Source of the DNA: Nymphaea colorata
Taxonomy: Eukaryota
NCBI RefSeq assembly: GCF_008831285.2
Contig: NC_045138.2
Span: forward strand, 28,272,001 to 28,336,000
Direction: 5' to 3'
DNA length: 64,000 nucleotides
A program made the translations under genes and the position numbers. Below are positions 27,412 through 40,200 of the stretch, piece by piece. Each line of letters opens with the position of its first letter. Position 1 is the first letter of the stretch. The notes beneath the pieces were generated by a model. It did not search any database, had not been told where the DNA came from, and saw nothing but the letters and a program-made list of their open reading frames with translations.

Positions 27412-27846
27412 TAGAGTCTAGCCCGAGTTCAGTCAGTTCGAGCACGGCTCGATTAATGAAAACCTCGAGCTCGAGAATAGCTTGCTGGAAGTAGTTCGAG
27501 TTCAGCAAACTCATTTGAATAAAATTGCTATTCATCATTATGTGTTGCGCTCGAATTTGTCTCGGCAAACTCGTTTGAGTAGAATTGATATTCATCGCTA
27601 CATGTTGAGCTCGAGCTTGACAAACTCGTTTAAATATATCGACTTTATTAAGGCTTAACAAATTCGATTAAGGCTCGTGCTCGACTCAGCAGGTAGGTGT
27701 TGAACTCATACTCAACTAAATTATTTGAACAAGTCGACTCATTAACTCGAGTTCAACTCATTAAGCAAATGACTCGGCTCGAACTCGTTCACGACCCGAG
27801 CTTTAGCGAGTCAAACTCAAGTAGCTCAACTCATTGCTCACACCTG
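27412..27846. mobile_element. MITE of the gagctcga/aactcg-rich family, more decayed copy
   Basis: Clearly homologous to 53870-54382 (shared aaactcgtttga..agaattgatattcatcg.tacat and cattaagcaaatgactcggctcgaactcgttcacga). TIRs degenerate. Confidence 0.75.
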
Positions 27847-28975
27847 CGAAACGATCTAGTCACTGGGGCATAGAGCCCCCCCAAGCCATCCTGGCTCACT
27901 GGGGCCTAACACGCCAAAGCCATCGCCTCTTCCCAACAATCATAGCATGCATTGCTAGCTAATTGGATCGGTTTGGTTACAGTAAGTTGATTTTGACAAT
28001 ATAAAACAAACATGAGCTTTGTTCAATACAAATTTCAAAAGGTCACATTTTTCTACTGTATCGTTAAAAAATTCCAAACGTATCGGCCAGAGCTTTTGTT
28101 ACCATGCTTTTCATACGGAAGAAGGTGACCGGTAAAAAAGAACGGCCGCTTTGGAAAAGCCAACGGGAAGACGACGGAGGCTGAAATTCTAAGGCAAAAG
28201 GCGTATGGGCCCCCTTTTTTTTTAAATAATGTTTTAATCGTCAAATATTTAGTGTTCAAATGCCAAACTCATCGGATCGGGTCGTCCGAGGAACATTTGC
28301 TCATCCTGCTCCAATTAAGGGCCAATCATCAGGAAACCGTGTCTCCTATGTCCGATTAAATACTGCTGAGTATTTTGGATCAGATTCAGATCAGAAACGG
28401 TCCGATTCTAATTCTCACTATGTCTATAGTGTCTACCAGTACCACTGGTTGGGTTGGGTTCGGTTCCTGTAACTGCACGGGATCCAATGGAACTGATCCA
28501 CAGTCACCCCCAACACTCGGCTGCTAGACGGCGGCACAATTATTTTTTTTAAAAAGCACGGGGCACGCGAGAAAGGGACAAACGGCATGAGGGTAAAAAG
28601 GTGAAAGGCCCATGTAGGCCAAGGTGCCAACCGAAGCACGAGCTGAATGGGAACAAAGAAGGACAGTGGGGTTTGACCATTGTGCCCCTGCCAGGCATCC
28701 TCCAGCTCCCGCCCGAGCGTGGCGGAATCGTGGTGCGGTCTTCAATCGCATTTTGGAAAGGCGCAGCTGAAGTCCGCGTGCTCCGTCGCTCCGACAGTGG
28801 TCTCGAGCACTTCGTACGCCCCTCTGTCTCTCTCTCTGCGCCCGAGGAACGGTCGAGTCGCCGGTAGCACGCTCATCAGTTAAGAGAGGAGCAGGACACA
28901 CTGATCAGTGAAGGCTGAAGAGTAGCGGAGAGGAAGGGAGGAAAAGAGCAAGCGAGGGCGTGTGTAACGTCTGCA

Positions 28976-31900
28976 ATGGAGCTCGGTAGAGCCATTTTCT
29001 TGGCTCCTTACCTGTTCTTCCTCCTACTGTTATCTGCAGGTACTCTCTCTCTCTCTCTCTCCTTCCCTCTTGCTGCATTCGGTTTCCGATCATTTTGATG
29101 CGTTTTTTTTTTTTTTTTTTTTGGTGGAAACAAGAAGACAGAATGCTTCCTTTGTGGTTCCTTCCGTGTCGGCGTCGGGTCTCTTTTCTCTTATCGGTCG
29201 GATTGAGTGTTATGGAAAGCTCAGCTTCGTAGTCCCGTGGATTCGAGTATCTCGGTTTTGTTTGACAAGAGTGAAGAACATTTCTTGGCTCTTGCTGCCA
29301 CGATGAAGAAATAACATGATTTTTCTGGCGTTTTAATTTGATTTTCCTCATTTTTCTTGTCCTTTGAATGGACGACCTTGTATTCGTGTTTTTCATTGAT
29401 CTCTCTCTCTCCCTCTGTGTATGTGTGTGTTTATGTGTGGTTTGAAAAAATAGAGGGCTTTTTGTTATTTTTTGCTTGAAGATTGAAGTTGTTTTTACAT
29501 TGATAGGCTGGATTGGATTTTTTGCGATATTGTTTCAGCATTAGAGGATGAAGTATCTTTCCTTATGATTTGCATTGTAATTTTGAAGCGTCAAGGCGCT
29601 CTTTTGCCCCTTGCTTTTATTGTTTTTTTTTTTTTTTTCTCGTAGTAGTAAATGGAGGCTTTGGCATGTTGCAGAAGCTGCATTTTTTCTAAATATAAAC
29701 AGCAAGGGCTGCAGAGTGGTTCGGGTAAATGTTCGGGTTTTTTCTATTTATTATTCTGAGCAATGTCGGTAGCAGCGTAGCGTACATTGTAACATTTTCA
29801 CGCTTAGGAGAATAGTTTCCATTGTGAATAAGTTATTTTAAGTAACATCTTAAAAATAGCGAGTTATGTATCTTTCGATATAATACGTACTTAGTAAGTA
29901 CATCATGCGTCTAAGTACATCATGCGTCTATTTATATGGGTTTCTTTACCCGTTTTCTATGGTTTTGAATTGGAGGCTAAGATTTTCTGTTTACTTGTTA
30001 TATTTAATTTTCTTCAGATCTTATTGTAGGAATTTGAGATCTGTTTTCTTTTCCCCATTAGCATTCCTTGTGACTGGTTGCATTTATTTTTGCTAGAAAG
30101 TTTTTTTTTTCCGTTTATGTCTCAAAACATTTAGCATTTTGACATTTCAATATTCTATGCATTTTTTTTTATCATTTGCCTAAATGAAGTTTAAGACGAC
30201 ATTTTCACTTTCTACATACTTCAATAACTTTTTTATAATTTTGTTGCTTCATAATTCTAAGTTTCAGCAAGCATGCAGATTTATCTAGCAAGTGAAAATT
30301 TTGCAAAATCACCATCTCGGACTACTTTTTGAGTTTTGGTATTTTGTGACAATACAGTTGTTCGCATTTTCATGAATCCTCTGGAGTTCTTCCTTCCTCT
30401 CGTTCTTCTGGAAGGCTGAGAATGGAAATTGACATAATTAAAATAACAGTCTGCTATGCAATTGTTGTTTAGGCTTGTTGGATGCGTCACATACTATGTC
30501 TCCAACTTGCAGTCATATATGCAAGTTCATTTTTTTTTTCCTTTTCCGTTTTAAATTTAATAATAGCCTTCATATCATTTTGTGTTGAAAAACATGCAAT
30601 GCAACTTGATTGTATTCCATTTTGGAAATGTTGAGATCAGAGTTTTCTCTTAAAGTTCCTCGAGTGGAAGACAAAGCTGTGCTCATCAGTGTTATACTCA
30701 AGGCCTTTTTTTTTGTCGAAGATCTTGATTATGGAAGCGATTCTCTCAATGACTGCTTAACAAGGATGATTGCTTTTCCTTTTTTGCCAAAAGTTTTAAT
30801 GTCTTGGTAGATTAGTCTTTAATTCTCAATGTAAGGACAAAGGAAAAGGAAAAAAAAAAATGTCGAACCAACTATTTGAATAGCCACTTCACATTTTACT
30901 CTTTATCCTAGATCTCTTAAGAGGAAAAATTATGGATATATTAAGTGGTTACTAGATTTTTTTGATATGTGTTTTCTTTTTTGTGTCAGAGTTCTCCAAA
31001 GCAAGCTACATAGGTGTTTGCTATGGAAGAAATGCTGATGATCTTCCTACACCTGACAAAGTTGTACAGCTGGTTAAGGCTCACTCCATTAAATATGTGA
31101 GGATATATGATTCAAATGTCCAGGTTTTGAAGGCATTCGCAAACACTGGGGTAGAGCTGATGGTCGGCATTCCAAATGCAGACTTACTTGGGTTTTCACA
31201 ATTCCAATCAAATGCAGATTCATGGCTGAAGAACAGCATCCTTCCATATTATCCTGCTACTAAAATCACTTATATAACTGTTGGTGCAGAAGTGACAGAA
31301 GCGTCTGGCAATACCAGCTCACTTGTTGTTCCTGCAATGCAGAAGATACATGCTGCGTTGCTAAAAGTAGGACTCAACAAAAAGATTAAGGTTTCAAGTA
31401 CTCATTCATTAGGAGTTTTGTCACGCTCATTTCCACCATCAGCTGGTGCATTCGACAGCAAGTTTGCCTACTTTCTCAAACCTATGTTGGAATTTCTTGC
31501 CGAAAATCAATCACCATTTATGGTTGATATATATCCTTACTATGCCTACAGAGATTCTCCTTCAAATGTGTCTTTAGATTATGCTCTTTTTTCTTCTTCA
31601 TCTTCATCTGCTGTTGTTGATCCAAACACTGGATTAGTCTACACCAACATGTTTGATGCTCAGCTGGATGCTCTCTATTTTGCATTGACTGCACTGAATT
31701 TCAAGACTTTGAAGATTATGGTTACTGAGACAGGTTGGCCAACAAAAGGATCCACAAAAGAGACAGCTGCTACACCAGGAAATGCTCAGACCTACAACAC
31801 AAATCTCATTCGACATGTGATCAATGACACTGGAACTCCTTTTAAGCAGGGTGAAGAGATAGATGTTTATATTTTTTCTTTGTTCAATGAGAACAGGAAG

Positions 31901-34900
31901 CCTGGATTGGATTCAGAACGAAACTGGGGTTTGTTCTATCCTGATCAGACTAGTGTCTATAACTTGGATTTAACTGGGAAAGAGAGTTCCACTGCCGTTT
32001 CTGGTGTGAATGATACACTGTCCAATGGGACTTGGTGCATTGCTTCATCCAATGCTTCTGATGTAGATTTACAGAGTGCGCTGGACTGGGCATGTGGTCG
32101 CGGCAATGTTGATTGTTCACCTATTCAACCAAGCCAAGCTTGTTATCAGCCTGATACGTTAGCATCTCATGCCTCCTATGCATTCAACAGTTACTATCAG
32201 CAGAATGGAGCTTCTCCAGTTGCTTGCAGCTTTGGTGGCACAGCGATGATAACAAATAAGAACCCAAGTTAGTTTCATCTGGGCCATTTACCCTTTTTTA
32301 TTTTGTTTCAAACCGAATCAATTTCATTTTTGCTCGATTTCTTTGCAATGATTTTAGAAGGAAGTTTCTGAAAACGAGTGAACTTTATCTGCATCTCCTT
32401 TACTTGATACTGCAACGATTTGCAAAGGCTGCCATACTAAAACCATTTATAGATGCCGTGCTTTTATTTTCCAACGTACTACTGAGACAAGACATGAGGG
32501 AAACAAATAAATTCTCAACAGTTGATGAACTTTTCTGTTCTTTTCTTTTGTGGGTTGACTTTTGCACTATGTTATTTCTCAGTTTGTCAGTGCACTGGCG
32601 GACAATTTTCTAGAAAATCATTCTCTTGGCATGCACAAGCCTTATTTGCTCTCTAATTCCTGTTTTTCTTTCTGTAAACTGTCTCTTGAAATTCTTTCTT
32701 TTTTCAAGTCATATCATTCATATATTATGTGCAAGAAGCACATTTCCTTTTTTACCTGTCGTTTGCAAATATGTTTCAGGATATCTGGAACATTGGTGGA
32801 TTTTCTCAATAAAAACATAAAAGATTGTAGATGCATGTTGATGGTTTTCTATATTGTAACATGTTGATGGCTTTCTTTCTTGTAAACTTTAAGCAAATGA
32901 AAATGGTTCGTATGGCTTCTGAAAGTTGCATGTGGAGTCCTTGTCAACTTTGAGTAAATGAAATGGTTTCTTAAGGCTTTTGAACATTTCCATGCAGAAT
33001 CCTTCCTTGATTGCTGTCATGGGACAAAAATGAACTTCCATGTTGAAAACTCCATTTGCCTTAGATTGTGGATAGGCATAGTCACCTCCACTTTTAAACC
33101 CTAAACCCTAAACCCTAACCCTAAACCCTAATCCTTCCTTGATTGCTGTCATGGGACAAAAATGAACTTCCATGTTGAAAACTCCATTTGCCTTAGATTG
33201 TGGATAGGCATAGTCACCTCCACTTTTAAATCAAACGAGCTCTCCAAGTAATGTATGGTTTGCATGCATTTGTGCTTGTTCATTTGCATTCTCTAACTAC
33301 CTTGTGTTGTCTTGTGTCATTGTCGTCTCATTTATCTTGTATGCAAACTCTTTCCCATTGCCTTGTATAGCAATTATTTTCACCAATATTTCTTTGAGAA
33401 ATTAGAGTTTGCAATAGTAAGCAAAGTCTCTCTTAAAAGCTGTGCAATAATTGTAAAGCTTCAAAAACTAATAGAATATGAAATGGTTTCTTAAGGCTTT
33501 TGAACATTGCCATGCAGAATCCTTCCTTGATTGCTGTCATGGGACAAAATGAACTTCCATGTTGAAAACTCCATTTGCCTTAGGTTGTGGATAGGCATAG
33601 TCACCTCGACTTTTAAATCAAACGAGCTCTCCAAGTAAATGTATGGTTTGCATGCATTTGTGCTTGTTCATTTGCATTCTCTAACTACCTTGTGTTGTCT
33701 TGTGTCATTGTCGTCTCATTTATCTTGTATGCAAACTCTTTCCCATTGCCTTGTATAGCAATTCTTTTCACCAATATTTCTTTGAGAAATTAGAGTTTGC
33801 AATAGTAAGCAAAGTCTCTCTTAAAAGCTGTGCAATAATTGTAAAGCTTCAAAAACTAATAGAATATGACCCTGAACATTTCTATTTCATCTACTTTTTC
33901 CCGTGGGTACAACTCAATCAGTATCAGATATGACCCTGAACATTGCTATGTGATGCTTGCGGCTGTTGTGTTCTGTGTCAACTGTAGACATGTATGTCAT
34001 TTTTGGCATGTGTTCTTGAAAACATGAATAAAAGATGTTTCTATGGTTAAGTTATTAGTAACTTATGAACAAAGGTCTGCATATTGATATCTTGTTGCAG
34101 CTGCTACTGCCATCCTCTAGAACTACCCTGTGCTAGTACTTTCAACATCATGATTGTATATATATTGCAGGGCCCAGGCTGTGCATCCAATTGTCGCATG
34201 GTTCCTCCATAGCCTCTAGTTTGGTTTGACTTGTTGCTTAAGTCTTTAACCTTTTGTCAAAACGTTATTATCTGCCTACAAGTAATTGGAGATAATTGTC
34301 TACTAAAACTTAAGTCAAGGCCGGTGAGATGCTCAGTTCAGCTCCCTGTCAGTTCTGAAAAATTCTGACTTAGATTGCTTTACGGCATGCTGCTCCCAAT
34401 GTGGAATGCCTGTTTGTGTGTGTGGGTGTGTTCTCAGATTGAATTATGTGCATCTTATTGACATATAATTTGACATTTATTTTGTCATTAATTGAATTTT
34501 GTGCATCTTATTGACATATAATTTGACATTTATTTTGTCATTTCTTTACAGGCTATGACAATTGCCAATATGCAACCCAAGGGTATGTACCTCATGTTGC
34601 ATTGCTTTGATTTTTTTTCTCATTTCTGGAATTTGTGCATTTTAAGTATGTAACTCCATCTTGCTTCTTTTTGTCATTCAGAGGTTTTAAAAAAGAGTTT
34701 TTTTCTAAAACCACCTAGGGGGAGCGGTTGAGATTTGCCAGATCAGACATTTGAGTCAGTTTTGGACTGGGTTGTCTTAGTTGATGTCTGATTCAAGTTC
34801 AAAAATCGGACATATATTACCACCTAGGGGGAGCGGTTGAGATTTGCCAGATCAGACATTTGAGTCAGTTTTGGACTGGCTTGTCTTAGTTGATGTCTGA

Positions 34901-35519
34901 TTCAAGTTCAAAAATCGGACATATATTATGCACAACTGTTGTGCCTTAAGAAAGGGTAGATGTTTACACCTATGTGAGAGAAGATGAGATCGAAACCTTT
35001 AAGGTTCTGTAACTTTTGTCCTAGTTCTTACCGGCTGGGAGGCAAGTTGTTATGATCTGTTGGACCACTTTGAGTTAGTTTTGGAACAAATTGGCACGCC
35101 ATTGCTTGGATGTTCAAATGAACATTTGATTCATATGAAAACTCATGGTGTTACAATCTTGTGGAAATCATCCATGCCATTAATGCATTGTTTATAATCT
35201 TTCTTTGCATGCACTTCACTTTCATGCTAATTCCATGCATCTGATGGGTCCTGAGCCAGCCAAGCGTGCCAAGTTTTAGCTATCTACTTGAAAAGTTTAG
35301 CTATTGTCTCTTCCTTTGCCTGTTTCACTTTTGTATCTTCCTTTGCCTGTACCATTGATCAGCAGGCACATTATGTACAGGACTATTCTAGCGAATGCCA
35401 ACTCAACAGGTTCTGCATCTTCAGCATCTGCGGAGCACAGTTTTGGGACTCGCATTGCTACCATCCTAATTTCGGTGTTGGTTGAGGTTCTGTTTTCTTT
35501 CAGTCTCTCAAGATTGTGA
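28976..35519 (+). CDS. Glucan endo-1,3-beta-glucosidase (GH17) with X8/CBM43 domain and probable GPI-anchor signal (about 503 aa)
   Basis: Exons 28976-29039 (signal peptide MELGRAIFLAPYLFFLLLLSA), 30990-32267, 34552-34582 and a last exon ending 35519 (acceptor at 35363, 35366 or 35381, all in frame). GH17 motifs IGVCYGRNADDLP, VGAEV, VTETGWPT, FSLFNENRKPG, ERNWGLF; X8 motif WCIA...LDWACG..VDC...C...HASYAFNSYYQ...C.FGG; hydrophobic C-terminal tail. Confidence 0.93.
32958..33869. repeat. Nested tandem duplication in glucanase intron 2: 388-bp unit x2, first copy carrying an extra 101-bp duplication plus a telomeric insert
   Basis: Copy 1 at 32958-33477 and copy 2 at 33478-33865, with ATGA at the junctions. 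Inner duplicates at 32998-33098 and 33130-33230. Confidence 0.92.
33095..33131 (-). repeat. Interstitial telomeric repeat (TTTAGGG type, about 5 units, one TTAGGG variant)
   Basis: Plus strand reads taaaccc taaaccc taaaccc taaccc taaaccc taa. Confidence 0.95.
34438..34542. repeat. Tandem duplication, 53-bp unit x2, just upstream of the glucanase exon 3 acceptor
   Basis: attgaatt(a/t)tgtgcatcttattgacatataatttgacatttattttgtcatt at 34438 and 34491. Confidence 0.92.
34710..34928. repeat. Tandem duplication, 109-bp unit x2, in glucanase intron 3
   Basis: accacctagggggagcggttgag...aaaaatcggacatatatt at 34710 and 34819, one mismatch seen. Confidence 0.92.
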
Positions 35520-37246
35520 AAAAGGGTGGTGCTGCTATGTATTTTTTATATATGTAAATCTATTCTTTCATTGTAAAACTCTTACTTTATCCATTTCAAT
35601 GTGTCTCTTATATCCTTGCATGTCTCTTATTCAGTTCAAAACGACTTTTCCTGACCGGCTTTCGTTAAAGAACATGAGAACAAAACTAAATGTGGCCAAC
35701 TTGTGCCTTTTGCCTTATATAATCGGCAGTCCTCACACATTCTCAGGAATTAGGTTCAGACCTTGAGATTTTTTCCTCGGCAAACTCTGGCCTCTCCAGC
35801 TATCCTTCTTGGACCTACGAAGTATTATAAGGTAACTGTCCCTGAGCGTGAAGCCCTCCATGGATTGGTTCTTCTTTCCAGCTATTCTGGGACCCCGTTT
35901 ACTTTGCCAGAATCAAAGTTGGATGCTCATCTGGCGCTCATGGCTTCTCATTCTGTGGTGGGTGACTTATGGGACACCTGCCATGGATCCTTTCATCTGT
36001 CGACCTGGCCCCCCAAATTTTATGTGATCCGCATCTGTGTCTGGAAATTAAGTTCTGTTATCCGCAGCGGACTTCACTTCTTAATGAGCTTGTGACTGGT
36101 GGCTTTGCCCGGTACTTCTGTATTTGATTTTTCTTGTTCCACCTCTTGCAGGCCTAGATCTTTCGATATGTTATCTCCCTCTCTCTCTCCCCGTATGTGT
36201 TTGTGTGTGTGTGTTGGCAAGTTGATGTGGATAGAGTGCATTCTTGTTCCATTTGTTTCGCTAGGTTGAAATGGAACCCATTTATGCAAAGTTAGAGAAG
36301 TCAGCAGCTTCTCACCTAAGTCAAGGGCGTCTGCCCTTTTGCAGAAAGCATGTGGACTTAGATTTGAAACAACAAACCAATAGAGTGAAAATTGCCTCGG
36401 CTACAAGAAAAGGAAACCTCATGGATCTAAATTTCTAAGCTTTCTAGACAAAATCCATTGAATGGAGGAAAATCATCTTTAGATGTTGCCCTAGGAAACA
36501 TTCTTGAATCAAAGTGTCTTTTTCTTTTGCTCAACAACAAAAATCCTAAATAACCCATGGCCATTGATATTTGAAGATTTTGGCAGAACCAATTTTTAAA
36601 GCATGTTCGGATCAATCAGTTAGATTATACCTGCGGAATCAAATTTGAGAAGAAATTACAATTAGAGAAATTTATGATACACAATCAACTTGTTGAAGAA
36701 AGAACGGGGTCTGCAGGTATGGAGTTCACGATTTCCGGCTGTATTATATTCATGTTATTGGATTCGTAGTTTATTTGGCTGATCCATATCCACATAACTT
36801 ACAATTGTATCTGTGCTTTATACTGCAGGTATCTAAACGAGGCCGTGGTCGAGAACATATCGGTTCTAGTTCAAAATACTCAAAAATATGATGGAAAGAT
36901 TTGGATCGGAATCCAAATAGAACCTGCAACATATGGTTTCCTGGAATAAACATTATTAGAAAAGAAGAAGAAGAAAGTGGTCGTCGCGAACGATTTGGAT
37001 CTTAATGGAAGAGAATCTGCAACGTCACGTATCGGGTCATTAACGCGTATCGGTGAGTCGAAGCGGATCCTTACCAGAACCAATGCCCTATAATCCGGGT
37101 CCGCTCCTTTTGGAACCCTGGTCCGAATACCGAGCTTGCCGTGCTCTCGACTCTCGATTCTTCGTCGTTGTCTTCGTGGCCGAAGAAGGGGAAGAAGGTC
37201 GTCGTCGTTTTCCTCCTCCTCCTCACAGATCACCGCCACGGCAACA

Positions 37247-40200
37247 ATGTCTTCTCCCGGAGAGTGAGTTAAATTTTACCTCTATTTCTCTCTCTCTTTC
37301 TCTCCACCATCTGATCTAGCACAAATATTGGTGGTTACGATTTCTTTTCTCGTTTGCTCTCGACGTATGTCAATGCCGCTACCGCATCACCATCTAATCT
37401 AAAATAATCTTAGCGAGATTACTTTCTTTTCCCTTCTAACATATCTGTTTACTGCAATAACCCGCACCGAACGCCATGTACCCTATCGAGATTAATTATT
37501 GTCTAGTGAACATGGCTGCCTCTTGTTTTGGTATTTATTTGTTTGTTTTTGATGGGAGGATTTTCATGTACGTTATGAATTAGGTCTTTAGGCTCTGATA
37601 GGAGATTGCAGCGGACGGTTGATTCGGAAATGGTGCTGCAAGATATGCAATTTTAGAAAGAAGAGGTGCTTAAGATACAATCTGGTATTTAGGGAGGTTG
37701 GATTAGATGGGAAACCTCAATTTTTTTGGTAGTAGAAGCTCTATTTGCAACGACTAAGGTTACGTCTCCGATGCGTTGATGGAGATAAGCTCTTGGATTA
37801 AGTGGTCATCTCATTAGCTACAGGCAGAGGACTGTAGACTTCTTTCTTCCGTCCTTTTGATTGTCTTTGGGACACGGAGTGGGTTTATGAAGTAGGCTAT
37901 GTCAGAAAGGCCAATGTTCGTGAACTTAGTAAATGAAGAATGAGCACATGAATGAATCATGAAACTGAAATGTAGGATGATTTGTAGAGTAAGCATAGAG
38001 AAGCTCTAACTGATGTGGAGATTATCAATAAAGCGAAAGATTAAATCTTACGTTCTCTAATTAAGCTGAAATTTGAACAGAAGAACTCAATTCACATAAC
38101 TATAATCAATCATATTGGAGACTATGCTCATTTCTCTTAATAGGGCTATTTTATTAAAGACGGCATAGTGTTTTAAGATTAACTTTCGGAAGGCTCAGTT
38201 TTGGGGTAACTCCTTCCTCTAACAATCAGGAGAAAAATAGATTAACTGATTTACCGGATTTCTAGATCATTTGCACAAACGGGCAACTTGGTATTATATT
38301 GACTAAACCACTCCAGTAACATGAACAACAGGAAGGGATAGAGGCAGGACAATCACTGTTCTCTGCTGCCCCTTGAGTATATTGCATAGTCCTGAATGCT
38401 TGATTTTCTCTTGGGTAGCAAAAGTATTATAATGACAAAACCACCAGGTTTTGGGGACAAGGAATGTTTGCCAATTTTTGAACTCAAGATTGGGTTAAAT
38501 GTTCTTTTCCTCCATTGCATTTGAGATGTTATGATTGGATCTACATGTCACGGTATAAGAACGGTGGAACCAGGTGAAATTGTAATTGATGCACAACCTA
38601 TATGATAACCAATGCTGTGCACGACCAACATGGTAATCATGTAACTTAATGTATGTTCCTCTTTGGATGATTGTTTATGCAGCAATGGGTATTGTTAAAT
38701 CTGTTGGATTTTCCTCTAGATGTCTTTCTTTTCCCTTCAATGTTTGGCCATAGATGATGAAGATGCATCATTTATGAGTGTTTGTTTTGCATGAGACGTT
38801 TCATCCCTTACTTTTATGACAAGCATTCACAAACTAGCAGTATGTGAAGGTTAGTGATTTGAATTAATTTTATTATTCTTCAATGGATGACTTGCCAGAA
38901 AAGCTATAAAAGTTATAAATGGTGCAAAATGATCTTTTCATGCTACGATCTAGGAAAAAAAGTAACAGGTGTTCTCGGAGTTGTGTCAAATTGTTGTGTG
39001 TTGCATTTTATTTATATAGAGATATGTCTATCTATTCATATTACTTTTTCAAACAAAGGTTAACATTTATTTTATGGCAGACAGGTAGAGTCTTTATTAG
39101 GATAGCCACTAAGTTTGGCCAACATTAATACACAATCTTTTTTGTTCATGTTATGATCCAGGTACTATGCATCACTTCCTCCAGTGAGCAAAGCTTATGG
39201 AACCATATGTGTGTTGACAACAGCTCTATTTCACCTTGGCTTGGTTAATCCTTACTATATTGCTCTAATATACAGTGAAGTGCTTCAACGCTTTCAGGTA
39301 TGTGTCTAAATGTTTGGGGTTTTGGCTTACGGCACCTTTTGGCCTCCGACCTATTAAAATATATGATTTAGATCATTGTCACAGAAAACATGTCTTATTG
39401 GAAGAAAAAAAAACGCATATAATACGCCAAAACACAGTCAGCCGTATAAAATGTGAAAAAAAAATGCGTCTTTTTTAAAAAAGCGCCAGAAAATAAAGAA
39501 CATGAAAAAAGTGCGTATTACACTCATTTTTCATGTTTTTTCATATTTTTTATGATTTTTTATTTTTTTATAATTTTCAGGATTTATTAAATTTTTTAAA
39601 AATTTGCCGAGATTTTCTCAAGATATTCTTGAAATATACAACTTTGCCATATTATACCCGAGAAATTCTTCTCCATGTAATACATGTACACGTTTCTTGT
39701 GACAATGATTTAGATCAATTTGGGGCACGTTTAGAGTGTGAAAATAAGAGGTTAAATTAAAAGGAAAAAGCGAAGACATTTTTTGTTTAATGGTTTCATA
39801 CAAGAAATATTCCTTATATGGAGTTTTCTGTTCTATTTTTTGAATGTCTCAACCTGCAAAACCTTTTTGCCACTTTAATGAGTTATTTTAAATGTTCTGC
39901 AGATATGGAGGCTCATTACAAATTTTTTCTTCCTTGGGAAGTTCTCTATTAATTTTGGAATTCGTCTCTTGATGATGTAAGTTGTTTATTGATAATCTAG
40001 TATTTGTTGAGGGTATAAGAAAAAGGTTCTTGCTGCTTTAACTTTGCAGTTTTAATTGTCAACCATCCGCAAGAAAGCTCTGAAAGAAGTTATTTTTTGC
40101 ATGATTCAGAGCTAGATATGGAGTCCAACTGGAACAAGGGCCATTTGCTAGGCGAACTGCAGATTTTTTATGGATGATGATCTTTGGGGCCAGTTGCTTG

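Noticed and set aside
33312..33933. Two near-identical small ORFs (MCHCRLIYLV...)
   Set aside because: By-products of the 388-bp intronic duplication with non-ATG starts and no coding evidence.
35763..36095. 110-aa ORF downstream of the glucanase
   Set aside because: Non-ATG start, no recognisable domain and no supporting gene structure.
36960..37246. UPR element in the Derlin-1 promoter
   Set aside because: Only a partial acgtcacgt core and a separate CCAAT. No ERSE spacing or full TGACGTGG was found.
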